A DNA stretch of 64,000 bases from Setoptus koraiensis. Taxonomy: Eukaryota > Animalia > Arthropoda. Under the pieces are notes generated by a model. That model was not told where the DNA came from and did no database searches. It saw only the letters and a program-made list of their open reading frames with translations. Numbering within the stretch: the stretch's first letter is position 1; each line of letters opens with the position of its first letter. The translations under genes were made by a program, and so were the position numbers. The stretch covers positions 21,762,001 through 21,826,000 of the forward strand of contig CM106585.1 in assembly GCA_048013815.1 (NCBI GenBank), read 5' to 3'. This document shows positions 13,501 through 28,233 of the stretch, one piece after another.

Positions 13501-15267
13501 TTTGCCGATACAATTTATCCGCTTCAACTTTTACATTATTCGATCGATGTTTTTTTTCTCTCCCTCTCTCTCTATTTTGTTGTTAATTTGCTGTTAATAA
13601 ACAAACTTTCAATACAAATGAACTGTGACGACAAACCGATCATACATGTGATCCCTGCCCGGTTTCCTCAAAAAGCCTCTCGGTACCTTGGATAATCTTG
13701 TTATTCCACTGCTGCTACTGCTTATAGTATAGATCTTGCTTGCTGATTTACTTTATTAATTGGCTGACCAATCTGGGCTAGTATCAGTGATTCATGCAGT
13801 AATGGTAACAGTAAAAGTACGACAGTGACATTGGTCTCTGTTTGTCAGTAATAATTGATTAACCAATATCGGTGTTAGTCGTCGGGGTTTGGCTTGCTTG
13901 CCAATCTACATATACATATTATCGGCTTTCTATGTATATCCAACGGCACTCACTCGCTCTCAAGATAGATGTCTCTGGTATCCACTAATGGTGACTTATT
14001 GTTCGGTGCAACCGTCTAAACTCCAATGGAAAGATAAATAAATACAGAGTTAGGGAGCAAGACAGAGAGTCGTCAAGTTGTATCATAAGCTCAAGTGGAC
14101 AGCCCTAATGGCGACCACTCTATTTGTGTGTCTATTAGGCACTTATGGATCCCTATGGTCAGTGTTAAACTAAGTTTAGCGATTGGGCAAACCAAATATA
14201 CAAAGTACCAAAAGTAGTTTAGTCAGTTCACTCGATCGAGGATAATTGCACTCATACCACGTATTGTCGACCTTCGAGTTGCTGTCTTGGTGTGTTTAGA
14301 TAATTGAAGCGAATTGATTCCGTTTGACTGGCAGTCAATGAGTCAAATGAGTGGCTGTGTTTGTGTCAGCGCCATTTATTAGTGAATTTTCAACTTCAGC
14401 AAATTAAATACAAACAGTCTTCACAAGCACTATGTTATAGTTTCGTTCAACTACTAAGTCAACATACCATACAAATGTTCCAGTTTCGCAACTTTGTTCT
14501 CAATTGTTGCCATAGTTAGCAGAATTGGTGCATCAAAATCTCGGCCATTTTTCAGCAGACTTGAACTGTCATACGACCCGACGATCATCTATAATTGATG
14601 GTCTATGAGTAGCTTGGTTGTTGATCGATTTGGCCGGGGCATATTCAAGCTAAGGATAGGCAGTATTTCGCACAAAACCATGGCCAAAGGTCAAAAAATC
14701 GCAGCAAAAACTAAAAGAGAATCTTCTTCTCTGTGGTTGTAGCTTGTGCAGGCCTGGCCAAGTTGCAAAACATGCATTTATAGCGTAAAAAGTTTACACT
14801 GAAAAAATTCACTGCAGAATTTTCGAGAGGATAGCTGGAGGCTCTCGTAGTGAATATGTTATGGATTTGGTTGCTTTTAATTATAGTTTATCTGGTTGAT
14901 ATCATCAATCATTTGTTTCATTTGATTGTGCATTCATATCCATTATGGCATCGACGTCATCATTATGCAAAATGTACAAATGAACAAATAAAGCGGCAAA
15001 GAGTGGATGTAATAGATAGAGCGAAAGGATCTGCTTGAATTTGTGGCTGTTTTGCACATTGTGACAGGGGACAAAATACGGCCAAAATAAGCCCAGTGAA
15101 TAAAGATACAAATGTATTGAGATAATGTATACAAGGACGATAATGATAATCATTCTACTAGCGCATCTATCATTCCTGCTATTCACGATTGACTTGTCAA
15201 TATTAATATCATTACGCACGACACCATCCATCTCTATTCCACTATTCATCTCACTATGCACCTACAG

Positions 15268-15383
15268 GTCGTCAATATTTTTTTCGCAACATTTATCCCG
15301 GAGTGTCCACCTAATGTCATTTCTTTGCTGGCTACTACCATTGACTGTGATGTCCATCTATTTCTCCTCAATACCATGCCAAG
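15268..15383 (+). CDS. Internal exon of a class A (rhodopsin-like) GPCR: TM4 and start of ECL2
   Basis: Encodes ...VHLMSFLCWLLPLTVMSIYFSSIPCQ-G, including the TM4 Trp. The CAAG|GTAAGT donor at 15384 (phase 1) joins in frame to the CCAG| acceptor at 19987, giving SSIPCQGFQSSNCGFFF. The 5' boundary (CCTACAG| at 15267) is less certain. Confidence 0.7.
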
Positions 15384-17826
15384 GTAAGTACAAATAAGGA
15401 CAGAGACAGAAACAACTTTGCATATATTTGTTTATTTGTATATTTGTTACGTGATAAGTGTCACTAGATAATGTTTGCGCAACGACTGTCTCTATCGCCG
15501 TACACAAATAGAGACACAAATAAATTGGCTTATTTGTGTGACAGTTGATACCAGTTGTGACCAGCTGGCACAGGTTGCCTGTTTGCCACTATCCACTGGA
15601 TACTATCCAGTGGATAGTGGCCGTTATCCGTATCATTTGCTGTTGTGTCAATGTCGGGCCGGCCTGCCATGAGGGGCCCCACAATGCATCTATTATATAT
15701 TGCTGCATGGTTATTGCTAGCTGGCATTAATAACACAAAATCACTGTGATGAAATGAACTCATCATATCGACTGTTGTGACCTAAACGTCACCAATCGAA
15801 CCGAACTGAATCGAATCCGACAGATCATCCCCGACTGAGAGATGATGACATTTTGTTGAGGCGACACTTGTCGCCTACACTGATGAGCGGATTATAAGTA
15901 AAATACAATATCCATACAATAGATAGAGTACGTGTTTATGCCTCACAAAACATTCAGTGCTGACCAACGTTGGCGACGTCAAACGGACTGGACGAGCAGG
16001 CAATTATTCAACCCGATCCACTGGCCAGCGAATGCTATCGGATTGACTGCTATATGCCCCCGAGCCAATATAATGGCCTAATGAGCCAGCGAGGGGATAA
16101 TTTTGCCTGGTTCGCTAGCCAGTGTCAGCGAATAGATGACAGTTCTCTCTTCCACTTACCTAACTTGCTTAGGCATGGAGGTGTCAGGCTGATGCTGCGG
16201 ACAAACAAAGCGATATAAAAATAAAATACTGTCACGCTGTAGGCGATATTTGATAGCGTCCGACGTAATCATCTGTGAATGACAAAATATAATAACGTTA
16301 CGTTTGCTGCAATTCAACAGCACCAACCACAGCATGACATTCCACATAATTTAATATATCATCTCTCGTCGACGATTGTCGCCCATTTGGTCAGTTTAAC
16401 TCTCGCTCTCTCGCTCGCGGGTTAGCTCTGTCCGGTTATACTTGCTATAGGCACCAGATCGTGATAAGTTGAGTTGACTGAAATTGAGTTCAAATTCATT
16501 TCGGCTGTGGCGTTGGCATAGAAAAGCGTTTTTAGAGCAGGCTCTCATTTTTTCATAATTTCAGTTATAAACAACAAATAAGAGAGACTATGACAGATGT
16601 CAGTGAGTTATTTCTCGATGATTATCTCAGAATTGAATTATTATTATTTGTTCACTGCAACAACCGCGCACTGCACTCTTGGTGTGAGCTAGTTGAAATT
16701 CAGCTCAATCTTTGACATTTTATTACCATCTCTCATTCCATCTATGTCATTTGATCCATCTGTTTTTTAAACACTCTGTCTACAGTGTTTCCGAATAAAA
16801 ATATTTCTCTCCCACTCACTTCATCTAGCAATTTTGTGTTTGTATTAGGTGTAACTAATGCCTCAGAGTGACGGTCACAAGATTTGAAAGAAAAGTTCGT
16901 TTTTTGTGTTCCGATTCGTACCCGAATTCTTTTTCTCATTCAACAATTTTCATCCTGTTCATAATCGAATCAATGCGACGTAAATTACAATTATTTGAAT
17001 TAATCATCAAAACTAGCCCGAAGCTTCGTCAGCTAGCCGGAAGCGGCATGTCAGTCTTTTTGAAACGTCGGGTGACGCTTTACAATTTTTTTCTCTCTTC
17101 TCTTTCGGATGTTTATCCGGAATCGAATTTCTTATTGCAGGCATAGAACCTTTGGACACAATGAAATTCCCCTCTTTTAGCACTTTTAGAATGCTGGTAT
17201 ATGACTTTTTTTCTTTCAAATTGGCCCCCAATTGGAGCCCTCCAATGAGCAGTGATGACTTGCCGACCCATTATCACAAACAGACAGAATTTCGAACCGA
17301 AACCAACAACGTGGCTTGCGATGCAGAATGCAACTTGCCGAGCCACTCAATGCTGGAGATATCAATAAGCGACATAACATCCTTTTTCTTTTGCGTGTTT
17401 GCCTACACAACTCAATACGGTCACCGTGGTTGAGTTAGATTAGGTCTGACTTGCACAATCTAATCTAATAATCTATAATTAGTGATAGCCACGCTAGACG
17501 TAATTAATATCAATTGCATAACATGGCGCGTGTTAGTTTGCGCTCAATAATTGTTTGTTGGGGGACACAAACCAAATAAGTCGTTGTGGTCATTTGAGAG
17601 CCAAATAATTGAGCAATGCCAGCTTTTTGCGACAGGTTTTCGCGCCAACCGCTTATTTATACGGATCATTAATTCTTGTAGCCTGTCGTTCTTGCCTCAT
17701 CCGCTATACTACTATAAGCAAATAAATAAAAGCGACCGGTCATTTTGTGTGCGCGACCTAACAACAAACTATCGCTTGCATAAACATATATAAGCATATG
17801 TAAATTATCTAGACGATTAAGTTTGT

Positions 17827-17828
<2 letters not shown>

Positions 17829-17913
<85 letters not shown>

Positions 17914-17950
17914 TCGCGCTCTCGCGCTCTCTCTCTCCATCTCTCTCTCG
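17829..17950. repeat. (CT)40 microsatellite with degenerate CT/CG tail, in the GPCR intron
   Basis: Perfect CT from 17829 to 17908, degenerate to about 17950. Confidence 0.95.
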
Positions 17951-19987
17951 CTCGTGTATACATTGTGAATAAGTATTAGTTAGATCCCTTCTGAGGAACA
18001 AGCCATATAAACTGATGCAATATGGTTCCTTAATGATCTTTGTTGATCGCAATGATTCATGACGAGCGTTCCCAATAAGTCATTCAGAGCCAGTCCGACC
18101 ATTTGGGCCAGTCTGGCCAGCTCAGGCCGGATATTTCTATTCTATTATAATTATTTATGTTCGCGTTTGCAGTAAACAATTTGCACGCCTAATGACAATG
18201 GTCTAACAATGTTTTGTATTGCACATTATATAAACACATTGCATAATATATGCGTTTTACATGGTGAATATTGAGCGAATCTGAGCGTCAACTCTTTGGG
18301 CAATAGAAATAGAGAATTTCTTCACACGAAAAACCTCCAAAAATGCTGTCAAAATATCATTTTCAAGAGACGATTTCCAGGCGAGTTGCTTAAGTGGCAA
18401 TCAAGTTATGCCGACCATTACTTGACATGGCTTGAGATCAACTCCTAGATAGTGGTTCGGCTTGAATGAAACTTTGACAAACATATCAAGAGATCGTTTT
18501 TGGGCTATTTATAGAGGACACAAAAACTTACGAAACGAGAATGATTGATAGAAGGTGTTTGTCAACCGGAGAAAATGCGCTTGGAAAGGCTTGGTAGATT
18601 AAAGCTCGATTACGATGCTCACAAGGAAATATGTGTTTCGGTGACCCTGGCATTTCAAAATCTTAATATTCGTTTTGTCGAGGGTCTTGAGCTCGATCAT
18701 TATCCGAAAAAATTTTGTACGGAAAATGTCGAGCTTCCACAAAAAATAAGTTTGAATTTTGCGAGGCGAACCGCAGGACATAGAGAACCCGTCTGAGGAA
18801 CGCTGCGGAACATCTCAAAAATGTAAAACTGTGGTATTGTATCATAATCTCTCCGGGAAATGACCATTTGCACTTTGGCCATATCCATAAAGCCATTTCC
18901 ACCCACTTTATGTCACTTCAGAGCAGATTTTGAGAAAAATCGAGTTTCCGGTCCCGAGACCCACTCATTTTTTTTTCACCTCTCTGAGAGTACTATCGAA
19001 CCTATATAAAATTATTTCAAAATGCTTGCCACTGATATCATGTTTCCTTGTCAGCATTCTTGAAAATATATGGGGAAAACATAAAAATTTTCGCAGATAC
19101 ACGTGCAGCGTGCGAAATGTGAGATATCGAGGAGTTTGCCCCGGGCGAGAGAAGCATCCCGGTTGAATGGGGATCGTACAGATCGTTCATTTATCGTTAC
19201 CATACAAATTGGTTGGTTGTTCCAGCAAACTCTCGCGTGATATAAGCGTTTTCAGCTTGCGATATTAGATGACGTCACATGACATAGTGTTGAAACATTT
19301 CGGTGTGTCGCAAGAGGAAATAAAAATGTGTCTTCATCTTTTTATGTGCTAGAAATGCGGTGGTTTGTCGGAATTGAGTTAACAGCGACCACAGTACTGA
19401 TGCATAGATGATGGCAGCAAGGTGTTCACAAGTGGTCACCTGGTGACAGCATCCTGATGAGACCACGAATAGCTGGCCATCAAACAATGATCGACGAACA
19501 ACAACTAACTTGGTCATAAATTATTCATAATTATGATTGATACGCGCAAATCAATTATGTGCTGTCATTCATTAATGACATTGAAGCATAATTGAGACAG
19601 ATGATGATTTCCAAGACAAGTCTGAATTAAAGTTTGTATGATTATCTAAGGATTTTTGTTTTGTAGTGTCATCGGTGTTTGCTCGCCCATTTGAGTGATA
19701 AACTGGTCATCCTCAGCTACCATTATTTATGTTGCATGTGCAAACAAATAAAGCAGACACACTAAATGAAGTCACGCAATTGTGTAAAAATAAATTAGCT
19801 GAATCAATAAAATAAGAATTGTATTAAAAAATATTGTATATAATGCTAGAAAAAATGATCCAATCAACTAATCACAACCGTTTGTCTCTTTTGTCAACAC
19901 CATCCCATCTATCTATTCATCTACTCTTTTATAATGCAACTAAATGAAACCGAAACTCGTTAATGGCAACTACAATTACAACACCAG

Positions 19988-22923
19988 GCTTCCAATCGTC
20001 GAATTGTGGCTTTTTCTTCATGCTGGAATGGAAATATCGCGCCACTGTACTCACCATGTTTGCGGTACCGCTAGCTATTATGGTGATCATTTATTTAAAG
20101 ATATTCATCATCATAACTAAACACCACAGAGCCCGTCAGCACAATAATCATCATCATACTGGCACGTTGACTAGTGGTCAAGTTCCGTTGAATTTGGCCG
20201 CGGCAATTGTCGACAACATGCCGGACAATGCAGACGGACCAAGGGGCTCTTTAAGTGGCAGTCAAAGATCAGTCAAGAACAATTACAGGAATTCTTCTAA
20301 TCAAAAATTATTTGATGATGCTGATAATGGTGACAGTGTTAGTAGAAGAATGCGCAGAACTAGCAGCAACAGGTTACAAATTACCAATTCACATGGTAGC
20401 TGCGATACACAAGCCTATGGTAACAAAGAAGGAATTAACAATAATTTATTAATTGGTGGAAATAACATCAATAGTGATAATAATCAGAGTGAGATCGAAG
20501 TTTCATCTGATGAAAGGAAACTAAACGACAAAAGAAGCACACCAGATAATTCTTGTTCCAGACAACAACAAAATTCTGAAAATGATAGGACTATTCAAGC
20601 AAGAAAAAACTCTCTATTGAACAAAGCTATATTAAATAGACATTGCAGTGTTAGAAGTAGTGGTCAGCAGCCGTTAATTAGCATTGGTTCTATTAGTGGG
20701 AACGGTGATTGGATTGGCCAGAGTGATGAGTTATCCAATGCTAACAACGGCAGCAATTTAACATCCTCATCAATTCGAAGTGAATCACAAAATGATGAAT
20801 CAAGTGCTCAATCAAATGTCAATCATAAGAGTGGATCATTGAAGTCGTCATTGGTCGATAGATACACATTGCACAACAGTGACAATCCACACAATAATGA
20901 CGTAACAACAAATATAAGCGTATTGGCACCATCGGCAACAAAGCTGAAAAAAACTGTCTCTTATTCAACTAGCCAACCGCCTGACAGCAAACAATTGGGA
21001 CAGCAACAACAACAACAACAACAACAACAATTAGCTAGCGGACAGCAACGAAAGCAGCAATCATCCAATATTGTATTCAAAACTAATAGTAGCAATTGCA
21101 CTCACTCAAATAGCGACTATATTGGTCGGCATGAGATAATAATTTCATCATCAGTCAACAAGTGCCAATCAATGATAGGTATCGAGAAATTGCACGCTTC
21201 GAATGTACCCCAACCGGCTATTGACGGCGATATGTGTGGCGAGTGCAATGATGAGCCAAATAATAAAGCCAACGGCATCAATATTAATTCACCCGAATAT
21301 ATTCAACAAGTGGTGGATTGCATAAATGGACACAACAACAATAGGCACATTAACAACAACAAAAGTGTTAGCAGTGGCGACAGTGGCGACAATTTAGATG
21401 CCAATGGCAGTGAAAACAAACACGTCAAAGACACACAACAACAAACTGGGGCCACTACCATACTGGCCAGCAGCAACACTGATAATCATTGTTGGTTCGT
21501 CAAGGTATTTGACAATTTGTTTTTATTCAAGAGACCCACGAATAGGAGTGAGATGAACAAGGACTTGGCGCAAAAGAAACACTATCTGCCCAGCATAAGA
21601 ATAAATCGTGATGTTGGCAAACGTCAAAGTGATAGCGATGTGAATTTGTGCAACAATCAGGCCGAAAAAGAGCGCTTGACCAGTGGTATGGTGTGCCAAA
21701 TGAAACAATTGTTGAATGAACAACAAATAACAAGTGATCATCAGCTTAATCAGCATGCCGCTATAATAAAATTGACCAGCGACTGTAGCAAATCGACTGA
21801 CCAAGCCGACGATGATGAGTACGTGATGAATGCTCAGTTGGATGGTTGCGATGATGCCGTCAAAAACAACAGCGGTGGACGACAACTGTTGTATATGACA
21901 ACAAAAGACAAGTGTATAATTAATGGTGACACAACCGACAACAGTGACACTGACCATTACATAATGAGCAATAAGCAGCGCGGATCACTAATTATCATAG
22001 AGAGCAACAACAACGATCCACAAACAAATGAGCGAATACCCAGAGATGAGGTCATGGGCGAAGATGCCGATGATGATATATGTTCGCAAGAGGACGGCAA
22101 CAACAACAACAACAGCAACAACAACAGCATGCCAGCAACAATAGGTGACAGTAATTGCTGCAATCAGAGCGTCAACAATAGATTGTTGTTGTCGAAACAG
22201 AACAGCTCTATCAGTGCCACTTTCATTAGTAATCATAGTTATCAATTATCTCCGAATAACTCCACGTCGCATAGACATAGATACTACAATAACAATGCCA
22301 GTCAGCGACAATATGAGCGCAAAAAACGACGCAGCAAACAATCAACTAACTCGCCAGGTTCCACGCCAGGCAATACAAAAGCATTAGTTACGACACTGCT
22401 TATATTGGGCACATATATTATTTTCTATGCGCCGGCCATTGTTTATCTGGGTCTCACCTGTATAGACTATTGTCCATTCCCTTTGTTTGACTTGAAATTT
22501 AGCATACGCGTCACAATGGGCCTGTTGACAAACGGATTGATTATTATGAAGACCATTGTTGATCCATTTATTTATTCGTATCGTATGAAAGAGATACAAG
22601 ATGCCATAAATACGTTTTTAGCTAGACGCTGTAAGCGCACTTTATTTCGTGATAGAGGCTCACTAACAGCGAGCCAACGATTTACAACGCTCACCAGACA
22701 ATCTACATATTATGCGGCAACAAATCAGCGTCATTTCAATACAGACAGCAGTTTCAAACAAGCAATCAATAACAACAATCCAAATTCAGGCCTTAATCAT
22801 TTGTCGCAAAATACAACAGCTCACAATTCACAAAACAATTCCTCTAACTGCTCCAGAGTGGGCAGCAGATATCTCAATCAACAGCACCAGCAATTCCAAG
22901 CGAATCAACAAAACAATTCTTAA
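19988..22923 (+). CDS. Terminal exon of a class A GPCR (ECL2, TM5, ~750-aa ICL3, TM6, TM7, helix 8, C-tail); orphan, melanocortin/adenosine-like arthropod group
   Basis: TM5 YRATVLTMFAVPLAIMVIIYLKIFIII; TM6 KALVTTLLILGTYIIFYAPAIVYLGL; ECL3 CIDYCP; TM7 GLIIMKTIVDPFIY (D/NPxxY); helix 8 YRMKEIQDAI. The ORF-track ATG at 19963 lies in the intron, and the exon starts after AG at 19987. I could not find the TM1-3 exons. Confidence 0.9.
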
Positions 22924-25900
22924 CAATTCTGATGATAAATCCAAGTGCGACAAATGTAACAACATTCAATATCTGCTCGCTTTATCACGTTGATATTAAT
23001 CTGGAAATATCGATAGTGAAATACTCTTCTAATGTAACATTCATTGTTCTATGCCTATGCTGATTGAGCTGGCCTAGCTCTGTCGGCAATAGTAACTGCT
23101 CATCAACTACAATTCATAATATTTGTATGTTTATTTTTTGCCATCAATAAACACTGATTGATACACACTGTTAATTAATTAATTTTGCGATTGACCCAAC
23201 ACAGAGCAACCGTTATCTGTTGGTCGTACAACAACAATATTTTTCCTTTACCAATCGAGACCAACTGTCTATCGTTTGAATTGTTTTTAATGTTGTCACG
23301 ACGCGAACACATCAGCGCCTCGTTAAAATATGACAGTCGATCAGCGGACGACAACAGTTGGTATAATAATTGCTACTTCCGGTTGGAAAAACTCAACAGG
23401 AAGCGACTTCCAAAAGTAAGTTGACTACTAATGTGTTTATAGGTTGACAGAGGGCGCCACCGTCGCACTCTATCTCAATTCTCATCATGCTTGTGAGCAC
23501 TGCCAGTACATGTTTTACTACATGTACTTGGTATTATTAGGATATATCCGTCTCAAAGAGTGAGCGTTGCACCTAGCGCCTCAATTAGTGAGAGAGGAAA
23601 AAAATGGAGACAATATCTCATAATTGAAATAAAGCGTCTTGCTGTTTGTTGCAAGTTAAGCTGTGGGATTATTATTATTTAGTCATTACATATTCGCCTA
23701 TTCAAACAATATTCAACTCAACTTGATTGGTTGTTGTCAGTTGAAGCAAATGAATAGTTGCAATGGACACAATGAAATTCAGTGCTCATGTATCGGTGCT
23801 TTTGGTGCCCTTCAACCAATACAAAAGTTGTCACAGCACACTCACACATTTGATACAATTCAAGTTGTTCGAGTAGATAAGATGTGAGTTACGACAACAA
23901 CAACAACTACAACTACACATAAGTTGAGATAAGTCGGCGATAAGCTATTGCATCTAGCAGCAAGGTACATTGTATGTGTCATTGTGTGTCTCATTTATTT
24001 TTCGTCTACAAGCAAAACAGCAAGCAGATAAATACTGCTGGCAAGTACAATAAAACAGAAAAGACAATTGTTGTAAACAAAACGATGATTAATAGACCAA
24101 AGGGATAAGGGTAAGTGATTAGTATATTTGCTTTCATTGCACCAGGGCCAAAGTGGGAGCTTATCAGTGAATTGGCGTCGTGTATCGGCATACATTGTTG
24201 TGTTGTTGTTGTCAGCACCAGTTTTGAGCATTATGACTGTCGGTATGCGAATGGCATTCTTTATCTGTCTTCTTTTTTCTTTTCTTCTTTTTTTTTGTTC
24301 CTTTATTAATTACAAGTAGTAACAAAAACAAAAAACAGTTGACCACTGCCAACAGCTACTTGTTGAAGCCAAGCTATTTGTGATTCATTATGGTGCCATC
24401 GCCATGCCATCGTCAGTCACTTAGCATATCGCCTTACAAGCGTGTTGTTGTTAAGTTCATTAAGTGGCAGCTACTCTCTAAAGTAGTATCATCATTAATC
24501 AGTGGCTACATTTGTTCATTAACTCTTCTCTATTCGCTACAGCTGTTTTTTATGGCATTTATTTGATGGAATAAAATAAATAAAAAACACGAAAGAGGCA
24601 CCTTGTGTGTCGAGTCGTTGTATGTGTTGTTGTTGTTGAGTGTGTCGAGTAAATGCTCGCAATGATTATATATATTGAGTGTATCAAGTGTATCTAGTCT
24701 AGTCTGGCTCTTGGTTGCTTTATCGCCTTGCCTCTACGTTTGCCGCCATCATTAGAGATTATTTGATGATTTTGATGTCGCTGTTGTTGCTGTTGTCGTT
24801 GTTGTTGCTGTTGTCGTGCTCAGTGATTATGCTTAATTATATCAACGTGATGACGCTTCATTAATCTTGTAATTTATTGCAAATATAATCAGTTATTACT
24901 GACTGGCTGGCATGTTATGCTGCTCACTACTGTTACTAATGTAGTGGCCTCGACACTAAATAGAATGGCTTTATCAATGGCACCTGTCACTAGACACTCA
25001 CACACTCTGGCTGAATGTGAAACTCAATTCGAAATTGAAAATCACACGCTAAACGAATCTGTCTCAACCAGACAATAAAACGTAACGATGAAAGGGAGTC
25101 GCTTATCGCGCTTATTTGTATTTGTATGGATAGAGATGGCACAGAGAAACACTGTGACACCAATGTAGGCCATTGTATACATATTTTAATAATATATTAA
25201 TTTGATATTAGTTTGATGTGAGCACACAAACAATCTAAATCTCTAATCTGTGTGATTAATCGCCTCGCCATTTTCTACTTACTGTATTTTAGGTATTTTA
25301 GGTGCTGTAGATGCGAGACACAAACAATGATCTAATGGCGACGATGATGATGATGATGATGATGAGCGGCCATTAAAATTAAATCAATTAGACCTTGATG
25401 CGTTGTTGCTATTCTAATAAATTGTCTCAATCTCTCACAGCATCGTCAATCATGATGGCCGTGAAATGACGAAATCACACACAAAATTCTTGTGACGTTA
25501 TTCTTGTGTGAGTGTGCATCTGACACTGCAAACAGATGCAACACTCCAATCATAAGAGTCTAATGAATGAAAAACAAAAAGTTTTGTTCATTAGTGTGAA
25601 CAAACATAGACAATGTTATCTGGCCTCATTAAAGAAAGCGCCGTTGCTCGATGAGACTGACAATACATGATGATGACACAGAGCAGATACTGTTAAATTA
25701 ATTAGAGCACATTGATAGCGATAGAAGTGAACGGACACTAATCAGCACTGTTAGTCTGGGATTGTTTGTTTGTTTTTTGTTTGTTCGTTTGTTTGTTTGT
25801 GATTGAAACAAAACGATCATCATGCTAGTGAAATTCGATAGCACTTCAATGGCGACGCTCGGCGAGCCAACAAATTTCAATTGTAACATTATATTTATCG

Positions 25901-26924
25901 ACGAAATAACAACCACTAACACTATGAGCAAACAAACAACTGGCTGATACACACAACTAGCGAGGGACAGATAAAGATTGCTTGCCAAAATAGTTAAATT
26001 AGCAATTTGAGGCCCACTAGTCAAATGATCGAATGGCCATTGTATGGCTTTAGACAATTTAGTTGCTTGACATACGTTAAATAAATGGCAATCTCATCAA
26101 GTGTAAGCCATAATAGATATTATCGCTCAACTCGAAACCGATTAACAGGCAAACTTTTTCATGAAACTTGCGCTCGTTACTATCGAGGTACCCCAGCCAT
26201 AATTGATGACGGCGACAACTGCACCAGCGTCAACCGCTCAGTTCAACAAATGGAATTTTTGGTTGGAATTGACGACACACGAGATAAAAGTTGTGTCACT
26301 TGCGAAATGTGTGTTGTGTGCAATCGGCGGTGTTGCTGTTGGCGGTGGAAAAACTTGGTTGAAATCCAGTTTTAATTGCTAACCGTGAACAACAGCAGCA
26401 TATTGTGTCATAAAAATGATCGACTATCGCATTGCTGCAATTATATACTGGCTAGCCGGCTAGTTGCCACAAACAACGTAAGCTATCAGCTTACGTAACT
26501 GACGTGAGATACTTTTTAATTTGGCGCAATTTTTTGCGCATTCAACACAGGTAACAGGCATCAATTCTGACACTTGTTTTGAGGCGCTTCTTATTTCTAC
26601 AATTGGCGTCGGCATCTGTTTTTTTGTTCATCTGTCTGTGTTGCTTTGTGGATAACTGGCATTAGTATTACATAACATCAATATGGTCATCAATGTGTGT
26701 CGGTGTGAGACAGATATGTGTATATCACTGCTGCTGCTGCTGCTGCTGTATCGTAGCTGCAACGTTGCAAATCGCATCACGTCAGACTCTGACGGTCAGA
26801 GATTTACTTTTGATGTGATCACATTAGATCAGATCAAAAGTTGCCGAAGCGCACCGGTTTTGCAAACTTTAATGGCCACTTCCAATGGCCGCAACACCAA
26901 CAACGGCAACCACAGCAGCAACAA

Positions 26925-26928
<4 letters not shown>

Positions 26929-26997
<69 letters not shown>

Positions 26998-27000
26998 GAC
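26929..27000. repeat. Compound hexamer microsatellite (GGCAAC)5(AGCAAC)6
   Basis: Read directly from the sequence; it explains the poly-QR/NG/NS/AV ORFs. Confidence 0.95.
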
Positions 27001-27534
27001 GGCAACTACAGTGTGACTGCTCATCGTGCGCATCAATGCGGCTCCCGACACTGCAAAACTGCGAATTTGTCTCTCTATCTATTTGTGCCCATGTGTGTTA
27101 TTATTCTCATGCATACGCCATGCTTCTAATTAAGTGCTGACCAGATGCTGGGTTTTGTATCACTCAACACCCAACAGAGAGCCGTGATTTACCTGTTGCG
27201 TTCAATGTTGCGTTCAATGTTGCGCAACATGCAACGCGCAACGGCAAGCGGTCAGCTCAAAAGCGTTGCCAATAATAAAATTAGTTGTTTGTGTCGGCGA
27301 CTATCTCATGCATTATGTGTGTTATGTATTATGTGTATCACGATACTTGGGTGTTGCTCGCATGCGCACATCTTACGCACAACATACCAAAAGATATCTT
27401 GCGTGTATGCATAAGATGTTGCGTTATGCAACATTGTTGAGAGTGTCAGTCAATGTTATATCATATTATGTTATGCGCTAGATGGCCCGCTCTAATATTC
27501 TAGCGTGTAATTCTCTGATGCAACTTGGGCCGTT

Positions 27535-27592
27535 CGCTGACCATTCTCGCTGACCATTCTCGCTGACCATTCTCGCTGACCATTCTCGCTGA
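27535..27592. repeat. 13-bp tandem repeat CGCTGACCATTCT x4.5
   Basis: Four perfect copies plus CGCTGA. Confidence 0.95.
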
Positions 27593-28233
27593 GCTGAGCT
27601 GGCACGGTAATAATAAGCCACGGTGATAATAAAACAAAGTGATGCGCCAAAGTGATGCCCGTTGCTCGGGGCAACGTTAGCCGGACAGCAGCGCGCAATA
27701 AACCTTTGGATGGAGTCACTTTGGACGGCCTCGCTTTGGGTCGGCTCGCTGTGGGTCGAGTCGCTTCAGAGTGTGTGCATGTGTCGTAACAGGTTGCACA
27801 AAGGTTAATTAAGTGCACAATTAATCACTCTCGAGACAAAGCGTGGCAGCGTGAAGCACAGCGAGTTGTGTAACTTACACAGTGTAAGTGTGTGTGTGTG
27901 TGTGAGCGCCCAAAGCTCCATTAAGCTAGCTGCTGGCCAACGCCAATAATCGCCAATATTATACAATCTGTTTATTTGCCACTCGCTGATTATGTAATAA
28001 TGCCATTATTATAATGGTGCTGCCGGCTTGATGGTCATGTGCGCACAATCTGTTGGCTTATCTCGCTTGGGCTGACGCTTGCGAGCCTGATATCAATGTA
28101 TCAATGTGTGATTATTGGCCAGATTACAGCGTGTGCCAGCCGCGTCTAGGCGCTAATGGAAGTTTTGGCGGCCCGTTGCTGGTGTCGGTGGGTCTGACAC
28201 TGGTCGCCGGTTGGCCACTGGTGTCAAACCAAT

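Noticed and set aside
21523-22599. Antisense ORFs inside the GPCR exon (similarly within the CUB, TDRD12 and PAN genes)
   Set aside because: Shadow ORFs of the real coding strand.
23802-23818. TTGGTGCCCTTCAACCA, 16/17 match to miR-133
   Set aside because: Mismatch in the seed region and no compact precursor hairpin.
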